Source: Methanomicrobiales archaeon (GTDB lineage: Archaea; Halobacteriota; Methanomicrobia; Methanomicrobiales; Methanospirillaceae). From it: 64,000 nucleotides of DNA. A program made the translations under genes and the position numbers. This document shows, one piece after another, positions 49,778 to 59,537 of this stretch. The notes under the pieces are model-generated. The model was not told where the DNA came from. It was given only the letters and a program-made list of their open reading frames with translations, and did not search any database. The DNA lies in the NCBI GenBank assembly GCA_026394715.1, contig JAPKXR010000229.1, forward strand, positions 628-64,627, in the 5' to 3' direction. The number at the start of each line of letters is the position of its first letter. Position 1 is the first letter of the stretch.

Positions 49778-50674
49778 ATGGTCGAAGAAGGGTACCGGGA
49801 AACGGTAGTACAGGGAAAGGCGGTCCAGTGGGACCCCGAACAACTCCGTAAGATTCAGGAACACCCATGCTTTTCTGAAAAAGCATGTCACGGGTTTGGA
49901 CGCTGTCATGTGGCAGTCGCTCCGAAATGCAATATCCAGTGCAATTACTGCATCAGGGACTTCGACTGTGTCAATGAAAGTCGCCCAGGGGTCACGGCAA
50001 AAGTCCTTAACTCAGGTGAAGCGATAGACCTGGTAAAAGGGGTGGTTGAGAAATATAACTATATCAAGGTAGTCGGGATAGCCGGGCCCGGCGAACCTCT
50101 TGCAAACGAGGAGACCTTTGAAACGCTCCGCAGGCTCCATGATGAATTTCCGAACGTGATCAAATGTATCTCGACAAACGGGCTCCTTCTCCCCGAAAAA
50201 ATCGACCTGCTCCAGGAATATGACGTGGGAAATATCACCGTCACCCTGAACGCAATTGACCCTGATATCGGGGCGAAGATCTACCAGTTTATCGAATGGA
50301 AAGGCAAGCGCTACACCGGTGTAGAAGGTGCAAGAATTCTCCTCGAAAACCAGTTAAAAGGAATTGAAGAGGCCGTGAAGAGGAAAATGGTCGTAAAAAT
50401 CAACACGGTCTATATCCCGGGTATTAATGAACACCATATTGTGGATATCGCAAAAAAGGTCGGCGAAATGGGTGTTTACACGTTTAATGTAATCCCACTT
50501 ATTGCCCAGTATAAATTTGCCGATATCGTTCCACCGACCCCTGAAATGAAAAAGAAGATGCAGGACTCCTGTGAACCATATGTACGCCAGATGAGGCATT
50601 GCCAACGTTGCAGGGCGGATGCCATCGGAAAGCTCGGCCACGATCTGAACAGCTGCCTCGACACAGAGAAGTAG
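49778..50674 (+). CDS. nifB: NifB-like radical SAM protein (minimal form, no NifX domain)
   Basis: The ORF is open from 49682, and ATG 49778 is the likely start (298 aa). Contains the hallmark HPCFSEKACHGFGRCHVAVAPKCNIQCNYCIRDFDCVNESRPGV. Confidence 0.83.
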   Translation: MVEEGYRETVVQGKAVQWDPEQLRKIQEHPCFSEKACHGFGRCHVAVAPKCNIQCNYCIRDFDCVNESRPGVTAKVLNSGEAIDLVKGVVEKYNYIKVVGIAGPGEPLANEETFETLRRLHDEFPNVIKCISTNGLLLPEKIDLLQEYDVGNITVTLNAIDPDIGAKIYQFIEWKGKRYTGVEGARILLENQLKGIEEAVKRKMVVKINTVYIPGINEHHIVDIAKKVGEMGVYTFNVIPLIAQYKFADIVPPTPEMKKKMQDSCEPYVRQMRHCQRCRADAIGKLGHDLNSCLDTEK

Positions 50675-50781
50675 AGAGAATCAGAATTTTACCAGGCTCT
50701 TTTTTTTCTGTCACCGCTATTTTTTTAATCCCGTCCAGGGATTATATCGGGAAAATTAATCATCCTCTCCCCGAAGCACAT

Positions 50782-51696
50782 TCATCCGGGTAGAGTGTCC
50801 TTTTCAAACAAGTCAATCAAAGCCCGGGAGAGGCTTAACGGCCCCGGCAAACCAGGCAGTTCACCTCTTTTAAACCATGCCGCATCCTCAATCTCTGTTT
50901 TATCAGCCCTTATCGTCCCCCCTGCGTAGGAAGCCACGAATCCGATCATCAGCGAGTCAGGGAAGGGCCACGGCTGGCTCCCGATATAATGGAGATCGCA
51001 GATTGTGATCCCGGTCTCTTCCATTACCTCACGGTGGACTGCATGCTCAATTGTCTCACCCGGTTCGACAAACCCGGCTACCACGCTATACACTCCTGGT
51101 GGAAAACCAGAAGAACGGGCAAGAAGGATCTCGTTATCCCGCCTGACCAGTACAATAATTGCCGGTGAGAGCCGGGGGTAGATAACCTGGTCACATTCCG
51201 GGCATCGTTTGGCTAGTTCGGTATTCATCAACCGGTTCCGCGAACCACAAACCCCACAGAATTTCGTAGTCCGGTCAAACAACAGGATATGAGATGCCCG
51301 TGCCGCAACACCCAGAAATTCATCACGGGTCCGCCCGAAAAGCCCCCGTATATCGGAAAATTGAAAGTTCTGCGGGGGTCCTGGAGAACTGGACAGGGCA
51401 ACTGCATAGCAGGACACGCCACCGGACATGCCGATAAATATCGGGGCCTCTGAAGATAGGTTAAACAAACGGTGTATATCCTGGAATTGGATCGGACCAT
51501 TCCCTTCGGGGACGAGGATTTCAGTTCCACGAAAAATAAACCAGTGGCAGGTTTCATTGCCAGCTGGCGGAGCGGGATAACGGGTATCCAGTTGCTTTGA
51601 ATCAAAAAATGGCACATATCCCGGTATCCTGCTGCAGGCAGGGTCCCACAGTCCTGAGGGCAGGTAACGGGTGGGTGGTGGTGGGCAGGATTTCAT
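50782..51696 (-). CDS. nudC: NADH pyrophosphatase (NudC-type Nudix hydrolase with zinc ribbon)
   Basis: 304 aa. Contains CGVCGSRN...CPECDQVIYPRLSPAII, the Nudix box GFVEPGETIEHAVHREVMEETG, and the downstream SQPWPFP motif. Confidence 0.88.
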   Translation of the reverse strand: MKSCPPPPTRYLPSGLWDPACSRIPGYVPFFDSKQLDTRYPAPPAGNETCHWFIFRGTEILVPEGNGPIQFQDIHRLFNLSSEAPIFIGMSGGVSCYAVALSSSPGPPQNFQFSDIRGLFGRTRDEFLGVAARASHILLFDRTTKFCGVCGSRNRLMNTELAKRCPECDQVIYPRLSPAIIVLVRRDNEILLARSSGFPPGVYSVVAGFVEPGETIEHAVHREVMEETGITICDLHYIGSQPWPFPDSLMIGFVASYAGGTIRADKTEIEDAAWFKRGELPGLPGPLSLSRALIDLFEKDTLPG

Positions 51697-51986
51697 CAGA
51701 TCACCATCCGGGCACGCAATCTGTGCACACCGGATACATCGTATTCAAGGTTGCCAGATCTCATAAAATGAGGGCTGGGTTGACAAGGGAGCAGATGAGA
51801 TCCAATGGCTGCCGTTCCCCCGGGTCCCTCTGCAGGATGGCATTGTAACGGGAAGTCCCAAGAGCAAGTGGATTCCTTTGGAGGGGATGAGGACTGATAA
51901 ATTAATCATTCCAACATCCCGGTGCAAATTTCCCTTGTACCTTGGCCTGACACACCCATGAAGCTCATGAAGAAAAAATGATAGGA

Positions 51987-52457
51987 TTATGAGCGAATTG
52001 AACTGTTTGCTTTCCCGGAGATGATTTCATTGAGACTATCAATCACCGGTTGGAGAACTAAGGGCACACCGGTGTCCTCTGCTGTTACCGTGTAATTATG
52101 GTAGGTAATCGTGTAGGTGAAATAATCGGCCCCGGGCGACTGGGCAGGGTAGTACGCATTCATCCGGACAAAACCGATGGAATAAAAAGAGTCCCTGATC
52201 GTGTCCAGCGCGTTCTGGTTCACGATAAATGCACCACGCCCGCGTTGTCCTGAATAAACCGCGGCCCCATTTTCAAAGACAACCAGGTGGTCATCAAATC
52301 CGCCGATCCCACCAGTACGGGTATAATCAACCAGGATTGCCGGGCCCGGTACAGGAGTAATATTTTTTGCAGGCTGGTCCACGCATCCGGCCATACATAC
52401 AAGAGCCACAACAAAAAGGAATGCGGCTGACGTAAACAGGCGGACAGATATTCCCAT
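51987..52457 (-). CDS. Hypothetical secreted protein or lipoprotein
   Basis: The ORF is open to 52598. ATG 52457 gives a signal peptide ending in MAGC (MGISVRLFTSAAFLFVVALVCMAGC). The mature part is about 130 aa and beta-rich (TRTGGIGGF..., YFTYTITYHNYTV). Confidence 0.55.
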   Translation of the reverse strand: MGISVRLFTSAAFLFVVALVCMAGCVDQPAKNITPVPGPAILVDYTRTGGIGGFDDHLVVFENGAAVYSGQRGRGAFIVNQNALDTIRDSFYSIGFVRMNAYYPAQSPGADYFTYTITYHNYTVTAEDTGVPLVLQPVIDSLNEIISGKANSSIRS

Positions 52458-52560
52458 AATAACAGTTATTCTCCCACAGATTAAGATGCTTTTGTTTACG
52501 CCATGGAATTCAGGGAATTCCTGCCGGCAGTGCTGCCATAAGGGCCCCGGGATTTTCACC

Positions 52561-52887
52561 CTAGATCTCCAGTATCTCACCACTAATTTTCTTCGCACCC
52601 TTTTTCTCGGGTAGGACTGCTTCGACTGCAGTTAGCAGCTGCTCCAGTTTTTCATTCACAAAAATCTGCCGAAACGCCAGCAGTTCAGTTCTGCCCATGA
52701 CCATAATCCCCTTTTTCTTCATCGGCCGTCCATTCTCATCAACCGGATTTACCTCCATGGCAAGCGATGCAGGCCGGCTCCGTGTTGCGGGAAGCCGGAT
52801 TATTGATACACCAGGTAATGAAGTGTTCTTCCGCTCCCAGTCCTCACCAGTGTCAAGTAACACGCGCAGGTTTTCAGTTATTTCCAT
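52561..52887 (-). CDS. Hypothetical small protein
   Basis: About 108 aa from ATG 52887 (MEITENLRVLL...). No family recognised. It lies upstream of and on the same strand as the lipoprotein gene. Confidence 0.4.
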   Translation of the reverse strand: MEITENLRVLLDTGEDWERKNTSLPGVSIIRLPATRSRPASLAMEVNPVDENGRPMKKKGIMVMGRTELLAFRQIFVNEKLEQLLTAVEAVLPEKKGAKKISGEILEI

Positions 52888-53323
52888 GATATTCACTCCG
52901 GTTGCCACCTTAAAGGTTTATGCCACGCGGGGTGAAAGTGAACAATACAATCTAAATTCGTTCCCGAAGTCAACCAGGTCATGAATCAGTCTGAATATAT
53001 TACCCGGACAAAAAATGTCCTCTGAGTTTACTGCATGACAACTCACGTTCACCCCTCGTATTCCACCACGTTATCCCCTGTGAACCCCTTGGAGCGATCC
53101 GGAAAAGACATGGGCACGGGTAACTGATATTAAAATACAGTGCTGGAATGCGCCCTGACAAATTGATGAGGCAATGGTCACCCCACGAGGTCACCGGCGG
53201 GAAAAGAGACAGGGGCAGCGCCGGATGATTCCTGACTGGTGTGAAATGTCACAGGTAATGCGCGGGCATGCCCGCTTCAAAGTGATTAATGCCATCAGTT
53301 GCCGATAGTACAGGTACTGCGCT

Positions 53324-54166
53324 ATGTTGACCCTCACACTTTCAACCGATCAACCCTTCAACCTTGATAAAACACTCTCGTGCGGCCAGGTGTTCCGCTG
53401 GGCCAGAAACGATGACTGGTGGACAGGGGTAGTAGGGAACAGGTTAATCAGGATTCAACAGGACGGGAACCGCCTCACCTGGGATGGCGCGGACGAGTCC
53501 TTCATCTACGATTATTTTGCGCTCGACCTCGACCTTCCCCGGGTCCTGTCTGAAATAGATCGCGACCCAGTCATTCACCGGGCGATCGAAGAGTGCAGGG
53601 GACTTCGGATTATCAGGCAGCCGCCATGGGAGTGCCTGGTTTCGTACATCATCGCAACCTTTACGAACATTCCCTCAATCAAGCGCCGGATCACCTTGCT
53701 ATGCCGGGAATTCGGTAATGAAATCAGTTCTGATGGTGAGCCATGTTTTTCCTTTCCAACCCGGGAAGCCCTCGCCGGGGCTGAGGAATGCCAGGTAAGG
53801 GCATGCAGCCTCGGTTACCGGGCCCCGTTCCTCTGCCATGTAGCACAGGCAATTCAAGCGAATCCCGGGTGGGAAGCTACCATCCACAACCTGCCCTACG
53901 AGGAAGCACGGAAAGAGCTTATGCACTACCAGGGAGTTGGCCGAAAAGTGGCAGACTGTGTCCTCCTTTTTGGTTTCGGACGGCTCGAAGCAGTCCCCGT
54001 TGACGTATGGATTGAAAGGATTATCCGGCAGCACTACCTCATGTCCGGGGAAAAAGCGAATTACGAATATCTCCGGCGATATGCACAGGATTATTTTGGA
54101 CCCTATGCAGGGTATGCACAGGAATATCTCTTCTGTATGAGAAACGATATCGCAAAAAAAGAATGA
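53324..54166 (+). CDS. ogg: 8-oxoguanine DNA glycosylase / AP lyase (HhH-GPD superfamily, Ogg type)
   Basis: 280 aa. HhH-GPD motif LMHYQGVGRKVADCVLLFGFGRLEAVPVDVWIERI, with the catalytic K and D in context. Confidence 0.83.
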   Translation: MLTLTLSTDQPFNLDKTLSCGQVFRWARNDDWWTGVVGNRLIRIQQDGNRLTWDGADESFIYDYFALDLDLPRVLSEIDRDPVIHRAIEECRGLRIIRQPPWECLVSYIIATFTNIPSIKRRITLLCREFGNEISSDGEPCFSFPTREALAGAEECQVRACSLGYRAPFLCHVAQAIQANPGWEATIHNLPYEEARKELMHYQGVGRKVADCVLLFGFGRLEAVPVDVWIERIIRQHYLMSGEKANYEYLRRYAQDYFGPYAGYAQEYLFCMRNDIAKKE

Positions 54167-54214
54167 TTACGGTGGGATCAGTTTCCCTCTGCCTGGTTAC
54201 CCGTATCACCGGTG

Positions 54215-55441
54215 TTATGTACCGATATCCCAGCTGGACATGTACGTGCGCTGGTCAGGGGTGAGCGAATCGATCTGGAAGCCCAGTGCATCAAGTTTCA
54301 TCCTGGCGACCTGTTCATCGATCTCCTGCGGGACGTCAAATACCCCGGCCCCCATTGCTTTGCCATAGATAACAACATGCTTTGCACAGAGCGCCTGGAG
54401 TGCGAATGACAGGTCCATGACTTCAACCGGGTGTCCCATCCCCTTTGGTGTCGCGAGGTTGACGAGCCTGCCCTCCGCGAGGACATGAATGTTCTTTCCG
54501 CCAACACGGTACGAATCAATACCGTCCCGGCGCACAACCCCGCTGTTATGGTGTTCAAGCCAGTCCACATCAATTTCAACGTTGAAATGTCCTGCATTCG
54601 CAAGAATTGCCCCGTCTTTCATGGCATTGAAGTGCCGTTCGACAATGATGTGGGTATTCCCTGATGTCGTGATAAAGATCTCCCCGATGGCCGCAGCCTT
54701 GTCCATCGGCATGACCCCAAAGCCGTCCATGTATGCTTCGAGCGCCCGTCTCGGGTCAATTTCCGTAACGATTACCCGTGCACCAAGTCCATGAAGTTTC
54801 CGGGCAAGCCCGCGCCCACAAAATCCGTATCCTGCGACCACCACGTGCTTACCGGCAACCAGTATGTTTGTCGTCACCATGATCGCGGTAAGGGCACTTT
54901 CCCCGGTCCCATGAACATTATCGAAATAGTGTTTCATCGGGGTGTCATTCACCGCAATCACCGGAAATTTTAATGCACCTTCACGTGCCATGGCCCGGAG
55001 GCGGTGAATACCGGTTGTTGTCTCCTCGCATCCCCCAATGGTGGTATCGAGGAGTTCCTGCCGCTTGGTATGGATCTGGTAGATGAGGTCCATGCCGTCA
55101 TCGATAGTAACCTGGGGCTTCGCGTCGAGCACCTTGTCAATCGCTTCGTAGTATTCCGTATTATTTGCTCCGCGGCGGGCGTAGCAGTGCACATTCCTGA
55201 CCCGGTTTAAGGCAGCAGCCACGTCGTCCTGCGTCGAGAGCGGGTTGCAGCCGGTGATGAACACTTCAGCACCACCTGCTGCCAGTGCCGATACCAGGTT
55301 TGCAGTCTTTGCTTCCACGTGAAGAGCCATGCCAATCCGCATGCCGCGGAACGGTTGTGACTTCACAAATTCTTCTTTAATTATTGAAAGCACCGGCATA
55401 TACTGCCGTGCCCATTCAATTTTCAACTCTCCTGAATCCAT
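54215..55441 (-). CDS. ahcY: Adenosylhomocysteinase family (in methanogens reported to act on S-inosyl-L-homocysteine)
   Basis: 408 aa. Contains EWARQYMPVL, ...GCNPLSTQDDVAAAL, the NAD site VAGYGFCGRG, and ...GHFNVEI. Confidence 0.94.
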   Translation of the reverse strand: MDSGELKIEWARQYMPVLSIIKEEFVKSQPFRGMRIGMALHVEAKTANLVSALAAGGAEVFITGCNPLSTQDDVAAALNRVRNVHCYARRGANNTEYYEAIDKVLDAKPQVTIDDGMDLIYQIHTKRQELLDTTIGGCEETTTGIHRLRAMAREGALKFPVIAVNDTPMKHYFDNVHGTGESALTAIMVTTNILVAGKHVVVAGYGFCGRGLARKLHGLGARVIVTEIDPRRALEAYMDGFGVMPMDKAAAIGEIFITTSGNTHIIVERHFNAMKDGAILANAGHFNVEIDVDWLEHHNSGVVRRDGIDSYRVGGKNIHVLAEGRLVNLATPKGMGHPVEVMDLSFALQALCAKHVVIYGKAMGAGVFDVPQEIDEQVARMKLDALGFQIDSLTPDQRTYMSSWDIGT

Positions 55442-55687
55442 TCTTCACCAACGTTTTCCTGCCACGTGTCCGAGGGGGAACGAAAAAGGGTGCAAGGTTG
55501 CAGTGTAACAACGGCAAACCCTTCGTTATACAACGGCACGAACCGCCGTTTTACGGAAACGGCGATATCCTGCAGGCCATCCCTTACGCAGTTGACCTGC
55601 AAATTACTTAATAGCACTACTGCCAGCAGAGATACCGGTCCCAAGGAGACATAACCATGATATACTCTTCTCCGGGAATGGTACTCC

Positions 55688-56494
55688 ATGGTTCTGACCA
55701 GGCGGATCATCCCCTGCCTCGATATAAAAGATGGCAGAGTGGTAAAAGGAACTCATTTTGTGGAACTCAGGGACGCGGGTGACCCGGTAGAACTGGCCCA
55801 GCGATACAATGACCAGGGTGCAGACGAGGTCATATTTCTTGATATTACGGCCTCAAAAGAGAACAGGGGTACCCTTATTGACGTTATCAGGCGTGCATCG
55901 GACAGGTTATTCCTTCCACTTACCGTTGGCGGAGGTATCAGGAGCATTGACGATATCCATGCAATCCTCCGTGCCGGGGCAGACAAGGTGAGCATCAACA
56001 CGAGTGCGGTCCACGACCCTGACCTCATCAGTCGTGGTGCACAGCGGTTCGGTACCCAGTGCATTGTACTCGCGATGGATGTGCGGCGAAATTTCACCCC
56101 GAACCCGGAAGGGACGCCCGTCGTGCTCCCTGACGGCAGTACCTGCTGGTACGAAGTGGTCATTTACGGGGGGAGCAGGCCTACCGGGATCGATGCAATT
56201 AGCTGGGCAAAAGCAGGAGAAGAAAGGGGTGCAGGGGAGATCCTGCTCACCAGCATGGAAACTGACGGCACAAAAGGTGGTTTTGATATTCCCATCACGG
56301 CCTCCATTTCAGACGCGGCCGGTATCCCGGTCATCGCGAGTGGCGGTGTCGGGACCTATGAACACTTCTACGACGGGTTTACCCGGGGCAAGGCCGATGC
56401 CTGCCTTGCCGCATCCGTGTTTCACTACGGTGAAATGACGGTCCAGTCTGTCAAGGAATATCTTGTATCCCGGCAGATCCCCATACGGATCTGA
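55688..56494 (+). CDS. hisF: Imidazole glycerol phosphate synthase, cyclase subunit
   Basis: 268 aa. Contains [16 protein letters not shown], ...TVGGGIRS and ...ASGGVG. Confidence 0.95.
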   Translation: MVLTRRIIPCLDIKDGRVVKGTHFVELRDAGDPVELAQRYNDQGADEVIFLDITASKENRGTLIDVIRRASDRLFLPLTVGGGIRSIDDIHAILRAGADKVSINTSAVHDPDLISRGAQRFGTQCIVLAMDVRRNFTPNPEGTPVVLPDGSTCWYEVVIYGGSRPTGIDAISWAKAGEERGAGEILLTSMETDGTKGGFDIPITASISDAAGIPVIASGGVGTYEHFYDGFTRGKADACLAASVFHYGEMTVQSVKEYLVSRQIPIRI

Positions 56495-58091
56495 GGTCAA
56501 TCTCGAACGCGGCAACGGAGTGGTCCAGATCAAACGCGTTCAGCACGGCGGGATGGATCTCGCCAAATACTCCTGCTTTTTTGCCGGCCACGATGATATC
56601 GCCCCGGCGCCCGTCAATAAACGCCGGGTCAGCTGATTCCTTCACCGTATAGCCTAGCGAGAGCTCGTGGAGCACCGCATCGGCCGATGCATAGGCTTCC
56701 GAGAAATCTGCATCCCTGTGGGTGCTGACACCTGCGGCCTGCTGGTAGGTAAGGCAGGAGTTTACCACGTCACCAACGGTGAAGAGGCGCTGCGGGAGTT
56801 CCCGGTGCCGGTTCATGGTCAGGAATTCAAGGAGGAGGGGGAGGAGGTCTGTCCTGACCACCGTGTTCTCGATGCTGATCGGGTGCATGACATGGAGGGC
56901 TCCCGGGCAATCCATCCGCTGCATTTTCTTATAGAGGACATCCCCACTCGTCAGTGTAAACGGCATCACTTCGAGGTAACCAAGGCCACAGAAGGCCTCG
57001 CGGACAAGGGCAGCCCTGACCTGGACTGGGTGAGGTTTCCCCACCGTGAAGGTATCAGGCGGCAGGTCCTGGATCTTGTCATATCCATACGCGATGGCGA
57101 CATCCTCAAAAAGGTCCCAGTCATGCATGATATCCGCCCGGTAACAGGGTACCTGCACGTTCACCCTGTCATCACCCGACGGCCTCGCACCGAACCGCAT
57201 CTTCTCAAGGAGCGAGGCCATTGTTGCCGGGGTCAGGTCGATGCCGAGAAGACGGGAGCATTCCTGGACGCTGACAATACGCTCTACGGGAGCAAGGGTC
57301 GGGGTCTGCACACCACCTATCTCAACGCTTTCAATACTCGCTCCTGCTTCAGCCATTGCCGTGCAGATAATGTTGACCGCGACACTGACGGCCCGCTGAT
57401 CGGTCCCGGTCGTATCAAGGAGGATATTCTTCGTATCAATGGTCACGCGTGTCCGCTCACCGTTGATGATTGGGGGGAACGAGAGGACATGGTCGTGTGA
57501 GTCCACAATCAGCGGGAAAAGAGTGAAATCTTTGACAATTTTCGCGTAATCCCTGCCCTTCGGGTGCTTTTCGAGGATCTCATCCATCGTCATCCCCTCG
57601 GTATAATCGAGCGGGATAAACTTCCTGCTCCTTGGCGATGCGATATAGTGAAACGGCTGCGTGACGGTGTCCAGATCGTGAATGCCGATCGCCACCTTGC
57701 TCCTGCCCCTGCCGACTGCCCAGTGGAGCGACTCCTGCAGGGACATGATGCTCATGATCGACTCGTCATCGAAGTCAACACCCCGTATAACTGCAGCACC
57801 GAGAACAGGACGGATATCTGCGAGTTTCGGGTCTATCGTAAGTGAGATCCCTGATGGCTTTACCGAGTAAACAGGCAGCCCGGTCTCGATCCCGAGATAG
57901 CCACGCATGGCCCGGGCGACACCTTCGGGTGAGAAGAGGTCGGGTCGGTCCGGGAAGAATTCCACGTCAGCATGATCTTCTTCTATCCGCTCCACGTCAG
58001 AACCGATGAATGCGACCTTGTCAAGGATCGTCTTCCTGTCGGTCCGGGTGAGCCGTTCGAGGTACTTATAAGGGAGGGTGATAACGGCCAT
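56451..58091 (-). CDS. pheT: Phenylalanyl-tRNA synthetase beta subunit (archaeal)
   Basis: The ORF is open to 58151. ATG 58091 ([14 protein letters not shown]) lies 1 nt after the pheS stop, giving 546 aa. Its 3' end overlaps the hisF 3' end by 44 nt. Confidence 0.92.
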   Translation of the reverse strand: MAVITLPYKYLERLTRTDRKTILDKVAFIGSDVERIEEDHADVEFFPDRPDLFSPEGVARAMRGYLGIETGLPVYSVKPSGISLTIDPKLADIRPVLGAAVIRGVDFDDESIMSIMSLQESLHWAVGRGRSKVAIGIHDLDTVTQPFHYIASPRSRKFIPLDYTEGMTMDEILEKHPKGRDYAKIVKDFTLFPLIVDSHDHVLSFPPIINGERTRVTIDTKNILLDTTGTDQRAVSVAVNIICTAMAEAGASIESVEIGGVQTPTLAPVERIVSVQECSRLLGIDLTPATMASLLEKMRFGARPSGDDRVNVQVPCYRADIMHDWDLFEDVAIAYGYDKIQDLPPDTFTVGKPHPVQVRAALVREAFCGLGYLEVMPFTLTSGDVLYKKMQRMDCPGALHVMHPISIENTVVRTDLLPLLLEFLTMNRHRELPQRLFTVGDVVNSCLTYQQAAGVSTHRDADFSEAYASADAVLHELSLGYTVKESADPAFIDGRRGDIIVAGKKAGVFGEIHPAVLNAFDLDHSVAAFEIDLRSVWGSAGIQDIP

Positions 58092-58092
58092 T

Positions 58093-59535
58093 TCAGACAC
58101 CATCCTTTGTGATGCGAAGTATCGGCGTCTCACGGAGGAACGCAATATCACTCTGGTGGAGGTACCGGAGGTCTTTCAGCCCGAGCCGTAGCATCGCTAT
58201 CCGGCTCACACCGAGCCCCCATGCAAGGACCGGGTAATTAATGCCGAGCGGGGCAGTGACTTCCTCGCGGAATACACCAGCGCCGCCCATCTCGATCCAG
58301 CCGAGACCCTCGACATAAACTTCGGCGTCAAGGCTGGGTTCGGTGTAGGGATAATAGGAGGGCTTGAACCGCACGCCGGTAAAGCCCATGCGGTGGTAGA
58401 ACTCGCGGAGGATTCCGAGCAGGTTTCCGAACGTGACGCCTTCGTCCATGACAACCCCCTCGAGCTGCTCGAACTCGGCAAGATGGGTAGTGTCGATGGT
58501 TTCACGCCGATATACCCTGCCGATGCAGAACGCCTTGATCGGAGGATTAGGGTTATTCGCTAGGTGCTGGATCGAGACACTTGTTGTGTGGGTCCGCAGC
58601 ACACATTGCTCAGCCTTCTCCTCCTTCCAAACCCCACCCCAGCCGGTCGAGGATGTATTTCCACCGGAGATATGCATGGCTTTTACCTTCTCATACCCTT
58701 CAGGAAGCGGGAGGGTTTCCCGGAGGTAGAACGTATCCTGCATCTCGCGGGCCGGGTGGTCCTGCGGCTGGAAGAGGGCGTCGAAATTCCAGAAGGACTG
58801 CTGGACGATCCCACCATAGAGCTCCTCGAATCCCATCTCGAGAAGTATCTCCCGCATTTCGGCGATGATCCGCTGGTAGGGGTGGACCTTGCCGGGATAC
58901 GCTTTCTTCGGGAGCTTGGTCACATCGTATTTGCGAAGATTGAGGTCTTTCCACTCACCTGATATAATCTGCTCCCTGGTGAGGGTACCGGTCTCTTTGC
59001 GGAGGTCGAGGCCTTCCTGAACAGACGCGAGCCCTTCAGGTGTGATCCAAATTATATAGCGGACGGTCTCAACCTCCGAAAGGAGACCGCGCTTGACAAT
59101 ATCTGTTGTCGCCGTGTCAGTGGCAGAGGGATTTTTTAATGCATATTCATACGCTTCGGTGGATGCACCAGTCGTCTTGACAATGGAGGTACCTTCAACT
59201 TTCACAAGGCCTTTCTTTCTCAACTGGCCGAATCCGATCCTGAATGACTCAAGTTTCTGTATATCAGCCAGGGTTGTTCCCGGCCCAATCTTCTCTAATA
59301 GTTGCGTCTCGGGAAGCCCTTCTTTTAAGTAGACCTTCCCTTCACCGGTATACGCGAATTCCTTTGCAACAACCCTCTCAACCGTGGCAAGCCCCCTGTC
59401 CTGGGCGAGGTGGGCCCACTGTACCACGGCCTCGGGAGTGGCATCCAGCAGGCCTGCAAGATGCGGGGCATCAGCCTTCTTTTCTTTTTCCAGTGTTGCA
59501 AGCAACCGCTTCTCGTTCTGCGTCAGTTCTGCCAT
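58093..59535 (-). CDS. pheS: Phenylalanyl-tRNA synthetase alpha subunit (archaeal)
   Basis: The ORF is open to 59730. ATG 59535 ([18 protein letters not shown]) lies 2 nt after the trpS stop, giving 480 aa. Class II motifs: ...[14 protein letters not shown] and ...GAGVFR. Confidence 0.93.
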   Translation of the reverse strand: MAELTQNEKRLLATLEKEKKADAPHLAGLLDATPEAVVQWAHLAQDRGLATVERVVAKEFAYTGEGKVYLKEGLPETQLLEKIGPGTTLADIQKLESFRIGFGQLRKKGLVKVEGTSIVKTTGASTEAYEYALKNPSATDTATTDIVKRGLLSEVETVRYIIWITPEGLASVQEGLDLRKETGTLTREQIISGEWKDLNLRKYDVTKLPKKAYPGKVHPYQRIIAEMREILLEMGFEELYGGIVQQSFWNFDALFQPQDHPAREMQDTFYLRETLPLPEGYEKVKAMHISGGNTSSTGWGGVWKEEKAEQCVLRTHTTSVSIQHLANNPNPPIKAFCIGRVYRRETIDTTHLAEFEQLEGVVMDEGVTFGNLLGILREFYHRMGFTGVRFKPSYYPYTEPSLDAEVYVEGLGWIEMGGAGVFREEVTAPLGINYPVLAWGLGVSRIAMLRLGLKDLRYLHQSDIAFLRETPILRITKDGV

Positions 59536-59537
59536 TA

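Noticed and set aside
53163-53236. Box C/D sRNA candidate (TTGATGA ... GATGAT..CTGA) in the 415-bp divergent intergenic region
   Set aside because: The spacing is wrong, with the C'-like and D-like boxes only 2 nt apart and the overall length too long. No terminal stem or proper D' box is present.
56667-57500. 277-aa ORF on the + strand
   Set aside because: It is antisense to pheT, has no motifs, and is a shadow ORF.
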